In this document: piece after piece, positions 9,139-16,095 of the stretch
Position numbering within the stretch: position 1 is the first letter of the stretch
Layout of the letters: each line of letters opens with the position of its first letter
From: Candidatus Saccharimonadota bacterium
GTDB taxonomy: Bacteria > Patescibacteriota > Saccharimonadia > Saccharimonadales > Saccharimonadaceae
Direction of reading: 5' to 3'
Assembly: GCA_025349965.1 (NCBI GenBank)
Contig: CP075337.1
Span: forward strand, 330,001 to 362,000
DNA length: 32,000 bases
The notes under the pieces: model-generated
Databases searched by the model: none
What the model saw: the letters and a program-made list of their open reading frames with translations, nothing else
What the model was told of the DNA's origin: nothing
Translations under genes and position numbers: made by a program

Positions 9139-9184
9139 CCTATAGAGACGTCGGTGCACGCGCGTGCAACCACGTCTCCATAGG
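9139..9184. repeat. 46-nt near-perfect dyad symmetry element (nested palindrome)
   Basis: Outer arms cctatagagacgt (9139-9151) / acgtctccatagg (9172-9184) pair at 12 of 13 positions. The inner sequence tgcacgcgcgtgca (9155-9168) is a perfect 14-nt palindrome. Confidence 0.7.
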
Positions 9185-9296
9185 AATGCTTCAGTAATGG
9201 TAAGGTGCTTCGGAGTCTTTTTTGGCTCAACAAAACTTTTATATAATACCATCAACAGGGGTATTTACGAAGCATAAGGGATATAGAGTAATAAAA

Positions 9297-9321
9297 ACAG
9301 CCCATTAGGGGCTGTTTTTTC
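9297..9321. terminator. Bidirectional Rho-independent terminator downstream of tRNA-Leu
   Basis: Stem acagccc (9297-9303) / gggctgt (9309-9315). It is flanked by aaaaa on the 5' side and tttttt on the 3' side. Confidence 0.7.
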
Positions 9322-9333
9322 TAGAGTCTATCC

Positions 9334-9418
9334 TGGTGCGGATGAAAGGACTTGAACCTTCACGCCCGGAGGCACTAGTTCCTAAGACTAGCGTGTCTAC
9401 CAATTCCACCACATCCGC
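9334..9418 (-). tRNA. tRNA-Leu (anticodon UAG), class II with long variable arm and genomically encoded CCA
   Basis: The reverse complement folds as a cloverleaf. Acceptor stem GCGGATG/CATCCGC. D stem GTG/CAC with a GAATTGGTAGA loop. Anticodon stem CTAGT/ACTAG with loop CT-TAG-GA. A 13-nt variable arm (GCC-TCCG-GGC). T arm GAAGG-TTCAAGT-CCTTT. Discriminator A, then CCA. Confidence 0.9.
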
Positions 9419-9435
9419 AAATGCACTTTACGCTG

Positions 9436-9480
9436 AGCGTGTCTACGATTAACTTGCGTTTCACGCAGCACCACATCCGC
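9436..9480 (-). pseudogene. Degenerate copy of the 5' half of tRNA-Leu (acceptor 5' strand plus D-arm 3' side) in the tRNA leader
   Basis: Two blocks are identical to the intact gene. caccacatccgc at 9469-9480 equals 9407-9418. agcgtgtctac at 9436-9446 equals 9390-9400. The 6-nt D-loop segment is replaced by 22 nt (9447-9468) containing the small hairpin tgcgt-ttc-acgca. Confidence 0.7.
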
Positions 9481-9523
9481 ATGTAGTAACGTGGATATTC
9501 CACGATTGGATAACTCATCACCA

Positions 9524-9532
9524 ACTATAGCA
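9524..9532 (-). promoter_or_regulatory. Extended -10 promoter (TGcTATAGT on the minus strand) likely driving tRNA-Leu with a roughly 95-nt leader
   Basis: The reverse complement of 9524-9532 is TGCTATAGT. It is the only good -10 box upstream of the tRNA in its orientation. Confidence 0.5.
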
Positions 9533-9587
9533 CGGATACGCTCCTTTGTCAGCAGTTTTTCGGAGTATTTTTCCTAAATACCGCTTG

Positions 9588-9596
9588 TGGTATCAT
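9588..9596 (+). promoter_or_regulatory. Extended -10 promoter TGgTATCAT for the FAD-oxidase gene
   Basis: tggtatcat at 9588-9596, followed by a 40-nt leader with the SD AGAGGG just before the ATG at 9637. Confidence 0.5.
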
Positions 9597-9636
9597 AGAG
9601 ACAATACATTAGACAATTCTAGGGGATTACAGAGGG

Positions 9637-11238
9637 ATGAACAAAGTTGCGACGTATTTGAATGAACACCTTGCCGGCGAGGTGACGAGTGCAAAGTCTG
9701 TCAGGCAGCGCTTTTCAACTGACTCAAGTATTTTAACAATGACCCCTGAGCTTGTGGCCTTCCCTCGAAGCACACAAGATATTCGCAAAATCGCTCGCTT
9801 TACATGGCAGCTGGCCGAAAAGGGGCATCCGCTTTCGCTGACAATGCGTGGCTTTGGCGCGAATGTGACCGGTGCGGCAATTGGCCGCGGAATTGTGGTT
9901 GATACGGCAACGTACCTCAATGACATCCTTGATATCGTCTTCAAGGAAAAGCTTGTGCATGTGCAGCCGGGTGCCTCTATCGCGGCAGTTGAGGCAGCGA
10001 TTCGTTGGCAAGGGCTGACGCTTCGTGGCTCACGTCACTATACGGCTCGCGATATGTCGATTGGCGGCATCTTGGCAAGTGATAGCTACGGAGTTGATGG
10101 AGCGTTGGCAGACTCTATCGACCGCATTGAAGTGGTGCTTGCAAATGGTGATACGCTCGAGACCGGTAAGATGAGCAAGCGAGAAGTAAACCGCAAGCTC
10201 GGATTGCAGACGCTTGAGGGTGAAATTTATCGTAAGCTGACTGCTCTTTTTGAAGACAACGAAGCGCTGATTGAAAAAATCGGCAAAAAAGCAACGCAGG
10301 ATAACGCTGGCTACGCACGAATTACTGATGTTCGAGGTAAAGATGGTTCGTTTGACCTCACGCCACTCTTTATTGGAAGTCAGGGAACGCTCGGTATTAT
10401 TTCCGAAGTAGTCTTGAAAGCGGACTTCTTCTCGCAAGATTCAACGCATCTTGCAATTGTCACCGACTCTATTCAGACCGCTCGGGACATCGCAGAGCGC
10501 ATCGCAGAACTTCAGCCTGCAGAGTTGGCAATTTACGACGGTGCATTATTCCGTGCGGCGGCACGCTTTGGCGTTCGCGTGGCGATGCTTGGCTCTGAAG
10601 GCCAGCTCGGTGCTGTACTGTACGTTCGTCTTAACGAGATTAACGCTCGTGCGCAGAAAAAGAGTGCTAAGAAAATCAAAAAGCTGCTTACCAAGATGGA
10701 TATGTCGGCGTTTGATTCAAATGAATACGACGACGATGAATTCGTTGGTATTGCTTCAATTCCAAGTCGTATTGTTCGCTCGGTTGACGACTCTCGCTCG
10801 GTGCTTCCGGTTTTTGACGGCATCTCTATTCCCGCACTTCGTCGTGAGGAATTCGAGATTGCACTTCGTGAGCTTGAAACGCGGCATCATATAGAACTTC
10901 CTGTGGTGCTTAATGTACTTGCCAATACCTACGATCTCTACCCTGAGCTTTCCATCAAGACAGTGAGCGATAAGCAGCGTCTCTTTAAGCTCATGGCGGA
11001 TATGGCTGTTGTCGCGAAGCGTTGTGGCGGGTCATTTGTTTCAAGTGGTGCAGAAGGTCGTGTCAAGGCGAATGCGGCCTGGGCGGCACTTGATGAAGAT
11101 GAAATTGCCCTCTATCAAGAGATTCGCGCAATCTTTGACCCTCTTAAGACACTTAACGTTGGGGTTAAGCAAAAGACAGAGCTTCGACAAATTGTCTCTT
11201 CGCTACGAAATGATTACGGTCAAGACAGTCTTCTTTAG
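9637..11238 (+). CDS. FAD-binding oxidoreductase (FAD-linked oxidase, GlcD/D-lactate dehydrogenase-like)
   Basis: The N-terminal FAD_binding_4-type pattern is present: VAFPRSTQDIRKIARF, MRGFGANVTGAAIGRGIVVD and FIGSQGTLGIISEVVLK. A C-terminal cap domain follows. Confidence 0.8.
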   Translation: MNKVATYLNEHLAGEVTSAKSVRQRFSTDSSILTMTPELVAFPRSTQDIRKIARFTWQLAEKGHPLSLTMRGFGANVTGAAIGRGIVVDTATYLNDILDIVFKEKLVHVQPGASIAAVEAAIRWQGLTLRGSRHYTARDMSIGGILASDSYGVDGALADSIDRIEVVLANGDTLETGKMSKREVNRKLGLQTLEGEIYRKLTALFEDNEALIEKIGKKATQDNAGYARITDVRGKDGSFDLTPLFIGSQGTLGIISEVVLKADFFSQDSTHLAIVTDSIQTARDIAERIAELQPAELAIYDGALFRAAARFGVRVAMLGSEGQLGAVLYVRLNEINARAQKKSAKKIKKLLTKMDMSAFDSNEYDDDEFVGIASIPSRIVRSVDDSRSVLPVFDGISIPALRREEFEIALRELETRHHIELPVVLNVLANTYDLYPELSIKTVSDKQRLFKLMADMAVVAKRCGGSFVSSGAEGRVKANAAWAALDEDEIALYQEIRAIFDPLKTLNVGVKQKTELRQIVSSLRNDYGQDSLL

Positions 11239-11259
11239 GGTTGTAGTACACTATTTTAT

Positions 11260-11802
11260 ATGGAAGATACGCGTAATGTCGTAGATGGCTACAAAGGTCA
11301 GTCGATGGAAACTATTATTAATGACCTTGATGAGAAGCGTATTTCTCTTGAAATTGCGGTTGAGAATGTTACTCGTGATTACAATATGGGGACGATTGTT
11401 CGTTCCGCCAATGCGTTTAATGTGCGGAAAATTCATATTATTGGTAGTCGTCAGTGGAATAAGCGGGGCGCGATGAAAACAGACGCCTATATGCATATCG
11501 AATACCACAAGACTGTCGATGATTTTTATGTGGCAGTGCGCAACGCGGAGAGGCAAGTCGTTGCGGTTGATATTGTTAATGATGCAAAACCACTCCACGA
11601 AATGCCGCTACCGGAAAATGCAGTACTTGTATTTGGCGCAGAGGGTCCGGGCCTTTCCGAAGAGCTCTTAGGCCAAGCGGACAGTGTGGCCTTCATTGAG
11701 CAATTCGGCTCAACACGGTCTATTAACGTGGGCGTAGCTGCTGGTATTGCAATGTACACGTGGGTGCAGCAGCATGTCTACGGTCTTAAAACCACTCGGT
11801 AG
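11260..11802 (+). CDS. SpoU/TrmH-family RNA 2'-O-methyltransferase
   Basis: SPOUT motifs are present: NMGTIVRSANAFNV, VLVFGAEGPGLSEELL and STRSINVGVAAGIAMY. Confidence 0.85.
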   Translation: MEDTRNVVDGYKGQSMETIINDLDEKRISLEIAVENVTRDYNMGTIVRSANAFNVRKIHIIGSRQWNKRGAMKTDAYMHIEYHKTVDDFYVAVRNAERQVVAVDIVNDAKPLHEMPLPENAVLVFGAEGPGLSEELLGQADSVAFIEQFGSTRSINVGVAAGIAMYTWVQQHVYGLKTTR

Positions 11803-13036
11803 ACTTACCTCCACCCCTGATACGTGGAAGCGGGTGGTTGAGTACCATGGGTACGAAGAATATGGAGCGCCTATTCTTGAGCCGCTTGAACTCTATGCTG
11901 CCAAGAGCGGGCAAGAGCTTATTAATGAACAAACGTACGCTTTCACCGACAGGGGTGGACGCGAAGTGTCTATTCGTCCAGAGATGACTCCGTCAATCAG
12001 CCGTATGGTTGCGGCGAAGCGTCAAGAACTAGCCTATCCGGCGCGTCTTTATTCTATTGCTAACTTCATGCGCTACGAGCGTCCGCAGCGCGGCCGTGAA
12101 CGCGAATTCTGGCAATTAAACGCTGATATTTTTGGTGTTGATGGCATCCAAGCAGATATTGAAATTATTACTATTTCAGACCAGATTCTAAAAGAGTTCG
12201 GCGCAACGTCTGGTGATTATATTATCAAGATCAACAGCCGTGTATTTATCAATCATATGATGACTGAGTATCTTGGGCTTGATGACGAGCGTGCGCTCCA
12301 AATGACTAAAATCTTCGATAGGCGTAATAAGTTGACCGAAGAAGCTTTTACGGAACAGGTAAAAACACTCCTTGGCGACGAGGCTGATGAGAAGCTTGAA
12401 AAGACTATTGCAATCACTAAAGCAACAAGTGTTGAAATACTCCCTGATGAGTTGCAGCATACAGACTCGCTCAAAGAGATTCACACTATCTTTGACAATC
12501 TCCAGCGTCGCGGTGTGACTGATATTGTTTTTGACGCTACGCTAATGCGCGGCCTTGATTACTATACTGGAACAGTGTTTGAGGTAGCGGATACACACCC
12601 AGACAACAATCGCTCACTTTTTGGCGGTGGCCGTTACGATGGTCTTGCGGGGCTCTTTGGCGCCGAGCCTATTAGCGCGGTTGGCGTTACCCCTGGAAAT
12701 ACGATGATCGAACACTTCCTCGAAGTACATGGATTGCTTCCAGACGATGTATCTAAGACGGACGCCTATGTCGTTACTATTGGCGATGCCGAAGAGGTTG
12801 TCGCAGGTGCGCAAAAGCTTGCAGCCGAGCTTCGTGAGGGTGGCCTGAATATCGAAGTTGATATCACGGGGCGTAAGTTGGATAGGCAAATCAAAGCTGC
12901 AGCCAAGAAGAATATTCAGACGGTTATTTTTGTCGTGCTTGATGAAATTGCAGTGGACTTGTATTCGGTTAAGAATCTATCCTCGGGTAGTGAAGTGAAG
13001 TGTACGTCCGCAGCTATTGTGACTGCTCTGAAGTAG
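11774..13036 (+). CDS. hisS: Histidyl-tRNA synthetase
   Basis: Class II motifs are present: YGAPILEPLELY (motif 1), FMRYERPQRGREREFWQLNADIFG (motif 2), MRGLDYYTG and GGGRYDGL (motif 3). A C-terminal anticodon-binding domain is also present. I chose the start at ATG 11774 (MSTVLKPLG...) because it aligns with the usual 8-9 residues before the conserved Gly. This start overlaps the upstream gene by 29 nt. Confidence 0.9.
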   Translation: MSTVLKPLGRLTSTPDTWKRVVEYHGYEEYGAPILEPLELYAAKSGQELINEQTYAFTDRGGREVSIRPEMTPSISRMVAAKRQELAYPARLYSIANFMRYERPQRGREREFWQLNADIFGVDGIQADIEIITISDQILKEFGATSGDYIIKINSRVFINHMMTEYLGLDDERALQMTKIFDRRNKLTEEAFTEQVKTLLGDEADEKLEKTIAITKATSVEILPDELQHTDSLKEIHTIFDNLQRRGVTDIVFDATLMRGLDYYTGTVFEVADTHPDNNRSLFGGGRYDGLAGLFGAEPISAVGVTPGNTMIEHFLEVHGLLPDDVSKTDAYVVTIGDAEEVVAGAQKLAAELREGGLNIEVDITGRKLDRQIKAAAKKNIQTVIFVVLDEIAVDLYSVKNLSSGSEVKCTSAAIVTALK

Positions 13037-13063
13037 GGGTTTCTTGCTCCACCTCTCCACCTC

Positions 13064-13072
13064 TGTTATACT
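13064..13072 (+). promoter_or_regulatory. Extended -10 promoter TGtTATACT, 8 nt upstream of the tig ATG
   Basis: tgttatact at 13064-13072. The ATG is at 13081 and no SD fits in the 8-nt spacer. Confidence 0.5.
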
Positions 13073-13080
13073 GAGAAGTA

Positions 13081-14370
13081 ATGAAGACGACAGTAGAGAA
13101 TATATCAGAGACCAAAGTAAAATTAACTATTTCCGTAGACGCAAAAGCACTTGCTGATGCTGAGAAAGTTGCCCTTGTAAAACTAAGCAAGGATGTAAAG
13201 GTTCCCGGCTTCCGTAAGGGTAAGGTACCAGCAAGCGTTGCCGCAAAGCACGTTCAGCCACAACAGCTCCAGGAACAGCTTCTTGATGATGCAATTAGCA
13301 AGGCTGTAGCCGAGAGCTTTATCGCAGAAAAAATCCAGGCGCTTGACCGCCCTATGGTTGACGTTAAGAAGTACGTACCAGGTGAGAGCCTTGAGTTTAC
13401 CGCAGAAGTGGATGTACTTTCAAAAGTGACCCTTGGTGATTACGCAAAGCTTACCGCAAAGACCGAAAAGGTAACTATTTCTGACGCTGATGTTGATGAA
13501 GTAATCGGCCGTATTCAGCAAGGCTTTGCTGAGAAGAAGTCGGTTGACCGCAAGGCAAAAGAAGGTGACGAAACAGTGATTGATTTCGTTGGCAAGAAAG
13601 ATGGCGTTGCGTTTGATGGCGGCACCGGTACAGACTACACACTGAAGCTTGGTGGTGGACAGTTTATCCCTGGTTTTGAAGAGGGTGTTGTTGGCCATAA
13701 AGCGGGTGAGGAGTTTGACCTTAACCTTGAATTCCCTGAAGAGTACCATGCAAAAGACCTTGCCGGTCAGAAGGTTGTCTTCACTGTAACGCTCAAGGAA
13801 GTAAAGGAGCCTCAGCTTCCTGAACTTAACGACGAGCTTGCCAAGAAGGCGGGTCCATACGAAACGCTTAAGGAGCTCAAAGAAGATATCAAGGCTGAAG
13901 TAACCGCTCAAAAAGAACGCGAAGCAAGCGACAAGCTAAAAGATTCACTTGTAAACGAGCTGATTGAAAAGAGCGAAATCCCAGCGCCTGAAGTGCTCGT
14001 GGAAGACCAAATGCGCTCAATTGAACAGGACTTTGTGCAAAACCTTATGTACCAAGGCCTTTCACTTGATCAATATGTTGAGACAAGCAAGTTCAAGGAT
14101 ATTGATGAGTGGCGCGACAAAGAAGTCCGAAAGAGTGCTGAAATGCGCGTTAAGGCGGGGCTTGCGCTCTCAGAACTCAGCAAGGCAGAAAACATCACCG
14201 CAACTGATGAAGAGATTGATGCGCACGTTGCACTTTACAAGCAGCAGTACGGCAATAATCCTGAAGCACTCAAGCAGTTTGATTCACCGGAAGTACGTCG
14301 CGATATTGCAAACCGCTATGTTACCGAGAAGACAGTAGAGCGCCTCGTAGAGCTCAATACTAAGAAGTAA
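13081..14370 (+). CDS. tig: Trigger factor
   Basis: The N-terminal ribosome-binding signature GFRKGKVP is present, along with a central FKBP-type PPIase region (IDFVGKKDGVAFDGG...FIPGFEEG). The size of 429 aa fits, and the gene is adjacent to clpP. Confidence 0.93.
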   Translation: MKTTVENISETKVKLTISVDAKALADAEKVALVKLSKDVKVPGFRKGKVPASVAAKHVQPQQLQEQLLDDAISKAVAESFIAEKIQALDRPMVDVKKYVPGESLEFTAEVDVLSKVTLGDYAKLTAKTEKVTISDADVDEVIGRIQQGFAEKKSVDRKAKEGDETVIDFVGKKDGVAFDGGTGTDYTLKLGGGQFIPGFEEGVVGHKAGEEFDLNLEFPEEYHAKDLAGQKVVFTVTLKEVKEPQLPELNDELAKKAGPYETLKELKEDIKAEVTAQKEREASDKLKDSLVNELIEKSEIPAPEVLVEDQMRSIEQDFVQNLMYQGLSLDQYVETSKFKDIDEWRDKEVRKSAEMRVKAGLALSELSKAENITATDEEIDAHVALYKQQYGNNPEALKQFDSPEVRRDIANRYVTEKTVERLVELNTKK

Positions 14371-14388
14371 GCACTCAGGTAAACACAT

Positions 14389-14424
14389 AAATTAGCACTC
14401 TATTTACACGAGTGCTAATTTTCA
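14389..14424 (+). terminator. Hairpin terminator after tig
   Basis: 12-bp stem aaattagcactc (14389-14400) / gagtgctaattt (14410-14421) with a 9-nt loop, followed by a short T-run. Confidence 0.6.
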
Positions 14425-14438
14425 TGTATACTAATACT

Positions 14439-15035
14439 ATGAATAAGCCATCTAACTACTTAGTACCAACCGTTATTGAAAAGTCGCACGATGGTGAGCG
14501 TGCCTTCGACATTTACTCACGTCTTTTGAAGGACCGTATTATCTTTCTAGGAGATGAAGTGAATCAGCACACTGCCAACATTATTGTTGCGCAGCTTCTC
14601 TACCTTGCCTATGAAGATCCAAAGAAGGATATCCAGCTCTATATCAATAGCCCCGGCGGCAGTGTCTATGATGGCCTTGGCATTTATGACACCATTCAAC
14701 ATATTGCGCCAGATGTTCAGACAATTGGAATTGGGTTGCAGGCAAGTATGGGCGCATTCCTTCTTTCGAGTGGCACGAAGGGGAAGCGTTTTGCTCTTCC
14801 AAATAGCCGTATTATGATTCACCAGCCTTCAAGTGGCACACAGGGTAAGATTACTGATCAAGAAATTAGTCTTCGCGAAGGTCTCTATCTAAAGAAACGC
14901 CTTAATGAAATTCTTGCAAAAAACACTGGACAGAAACTCAGTAAAGTAGAGAGCGACATGGAGCGAGACTTCTGGATGAGTGCCGAAGAAGCGAAGGAGT
15001 ACGGTATTGTTGACGAGGTAATTGAGAAAGCCTAG
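14439..15035 (+). CDS. clpP: ATP-dependent Clp protease proteolytic subunit ClpP
   Basis: VPTVIE...[19 protein letters not shown] and INSPGGSV are present. The catalytic Ser is in QASMGAFLL, the His in IMIHQPS, and the Asp in ERDFWMSA. The track start GTG 14412 lies inside the tig terminator hairpin, so ATG 14439 ([10 protein letters not shown]) is preferred. Confidence 0.92.
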   Translation: MNKPSNYLVPTVIEKSHDGERAFDIYSRLLKDRIIFLGDEVNQHTANIIVAQLLYLAYEDPKKDIQLYINSPGGSVYDGLGIYDTIQHIAPDVQTIGIGLQASMGAFLLSSGTKGKRFALPNSRIMIHQPSSGTQGKITDQEISLREGLYLKKRLNEILAKNTGQKLSKVESDMERDFWMSAEEAKEYGIVDEVIEKA

Positions 15036-15039
15036 GCAT

Positions 15040-15531
15040 ATGGAGAGGCACGCCACATCACCAGAGGGGCTGAAGTATATTAATTATGACTTCGACTTTA
15101 TGGTGAGCGATAGCGCTCCTGGGGTGAATACTGTCTTTCGGCGTGCTGCGCTCATGCATCTCAAGGAGGAAGGTGAGTCGCTTAACCCAACCTTCAAATA
15201 CGGCGAAATGACCTATAGTGGCAAAGTAAACGGGTATTTTGCAATTTACGCGGAAGCTCAACAGGTCTATAGCTGGGCTGAGGCTGAAGCTCGGCAGGAA
15301 GTGCTTTTTGATAAAATTGTTACAAGTCTTGGTCGGCTCGGGCTCACACTTTTAAACCGAGATTATAGCGATCATGATGGCGACATGACACTTGTTGATA
15401 CTGAAGGTTCTAGAGTTGCCATCCTTGGCAGCCGAGGCGCGTGCGGGGGTAACGACGACCCGCTGAATGGTGTGGTGCGCTACTGGGGAGTCAATGCTTT
15501 TCCAGAGGTAGACTTGACAAAAGCAGTATAA
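15040..15531 (+). CDS. Hypothetical protein (about 163 aa)
   Basis: ORF directly after clpP. ATG 15040 is preferred over the overlapping TTG 15022. No domain recognised. Confidence 0.55.
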   Translation: MERHATSPEGLKYINYDFDFMVSDSAPGVNTVFRRAALMHLKEEGESLNPTFKYGEMTYSGKVNGYFAIYAEAQQVYSWAEAEARQEVLFDKIVTSLGRLGLTLLNRDYSDHDGDMTLVDTEGSRVAILGSRGACGGNDDPLNGVVRYWGVNAFPEVDLTKAV

Positions 15532-15543
15532 AAATGCTATAAT
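15514..15543 (+). promoter_or_regulatory. Promoter: -35 TTGACA, 18-nt spacer, extended -10 TGcTATAAT
   Basis: TTGACA at 15514-15519 and tgctataat at 15535-15543, upstream of the mini-ORF at 15602. Confidence 0.6.
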
Positions 15544-15601
15544 AAAAGGATACTTGTTCTTTTATCAATTAGACATACAACCCGAAAGGAAGTGGTGCTT
15601 T

Positions 15602-15763
15602 ATGCCCATCACCGAACTGCCCGTAACGGGTGGGATGACTCGTCGCGAAAAGTGGAAGGCGATGTCGCCCGGCCAGCGTGTGCGCACGGCAATCAGCTTG
15701 ACGGCAGGGATGCTGTTCGTGCTGTGCATGGCCGCTAGTAGCGTGTTCGAGCGCAACAAATAG
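15602..15763 (+). CDS. Small putative membrane protein (53 aa), compositionally atypical
   Basis: The SD GAAAGGAAG lies 9 nt before ATG 15602. There is one hydrophobic helix (AISLTAGMLFVLCMAASSVF). My hand count is 98 G+C of 162 nt (about 60%), against about 46% in rpoB. Confidence 0.5.
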   Translation: MPITELPVTGGMTRREKWKAMSPGQRVRTAISLTAGMLFVLCMAASSVFERNK

Positions 15764-15795
15764 CGGAGTCGTCGGTCTAGCCCAAAGAATAAGTT

Positions 15796-15858
15796 CCCCG
15801 CACGGCGGTAGATATATACAGAGATGTATATGTCCCGTCTGCGGGGTTCTTTTTTATT
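15796..15858 (+). terminator. Strong Rho-independent terminator
   Basis: A long hairpin is closed by ccccgca (15796-15802) / tgcgggg (15840-15846) with internal atatac/gtatat pairing. ttcttttttatt follows. Confidence 0.8.
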
Positions 15859-15869
15859 CTAAATACCTC

Positions 15870-15898
15870 TTGACCTAAAGACAAAAAACGTACATAAT
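15870..15898 (+). promoter_or_regulatory. rpoBC promoter: -35 TTGACC, 17-nt spacer, -10 CATAAT
   Basis: ttgacc at 15870-15875 and cataat at 15893-15898, with exactly 17 nt between them. Confidence 0.65.
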
Positions 15899-15904
15899 GG
15901 GTAC

Positions 15905-16095
15905 TAAGAAGTAGTGTAGCCCTGTTTATCTATGTCTGCGAGCTTACAATGCCCAGGCTACGGCCAAGTAAGATGACATAGATAACAATTGGAATGGACG
16001 TGGCAGTCCCATTCCTATGTTTCAGAGGTTAAGGGAATCTTCGGCGCCAAAGAAACCCATATAAACCAATAATTAAGTGTGAGGTCCATTTATTT
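15905..16095 (+). promoter_or_regulatory. Structured rpoB 5' leader of about 190 nt
   Basis: Interleaved helices: gtagcc (15916-15921) / ggctac (15956-15961), and ttatctatgtc (15926-15936) / gacatagataa (15975-15985). A third hairpin is ggaatgg (15991-15997) / ccattcc (16009-16015). Confidence 0.5.

Noticed and set aside
8899-9183. 94-aa plus-strand ORF.
   Set aside because: It is antisense to the 87-aa gene, which has a proper SD and -10 box, and it runs through the 46-nt palindrome. No start context supports it.
13420-13911. 163-aa minus-strand ORF. Similar antisense or off-frame ORFs include 3432-3905, 10030-10437, 20102-20527, 24573-24968 and 25839-26207.
   Set aside because: All are embedded in strongly supported genes on the other strand or frame (tig, tyrS, the FAD oxidase, rpoC, the MFS pump). 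They are typical shadow ORFs.
15554-15860. The high-GC segment as a structured housekeeping ncRNA (RNase P, SRP or tmRNA) rather than a peptide gene.
   Set aside because: None of the conserved cores I know is present (no GGAAAGUCCGG, no SRP GGAA/AGCA helix-8 motif, no tRNA-like end with a tag ORF). The frame has a good SD and a plausible TM helix. An Rfam scan would still be worthwhile.
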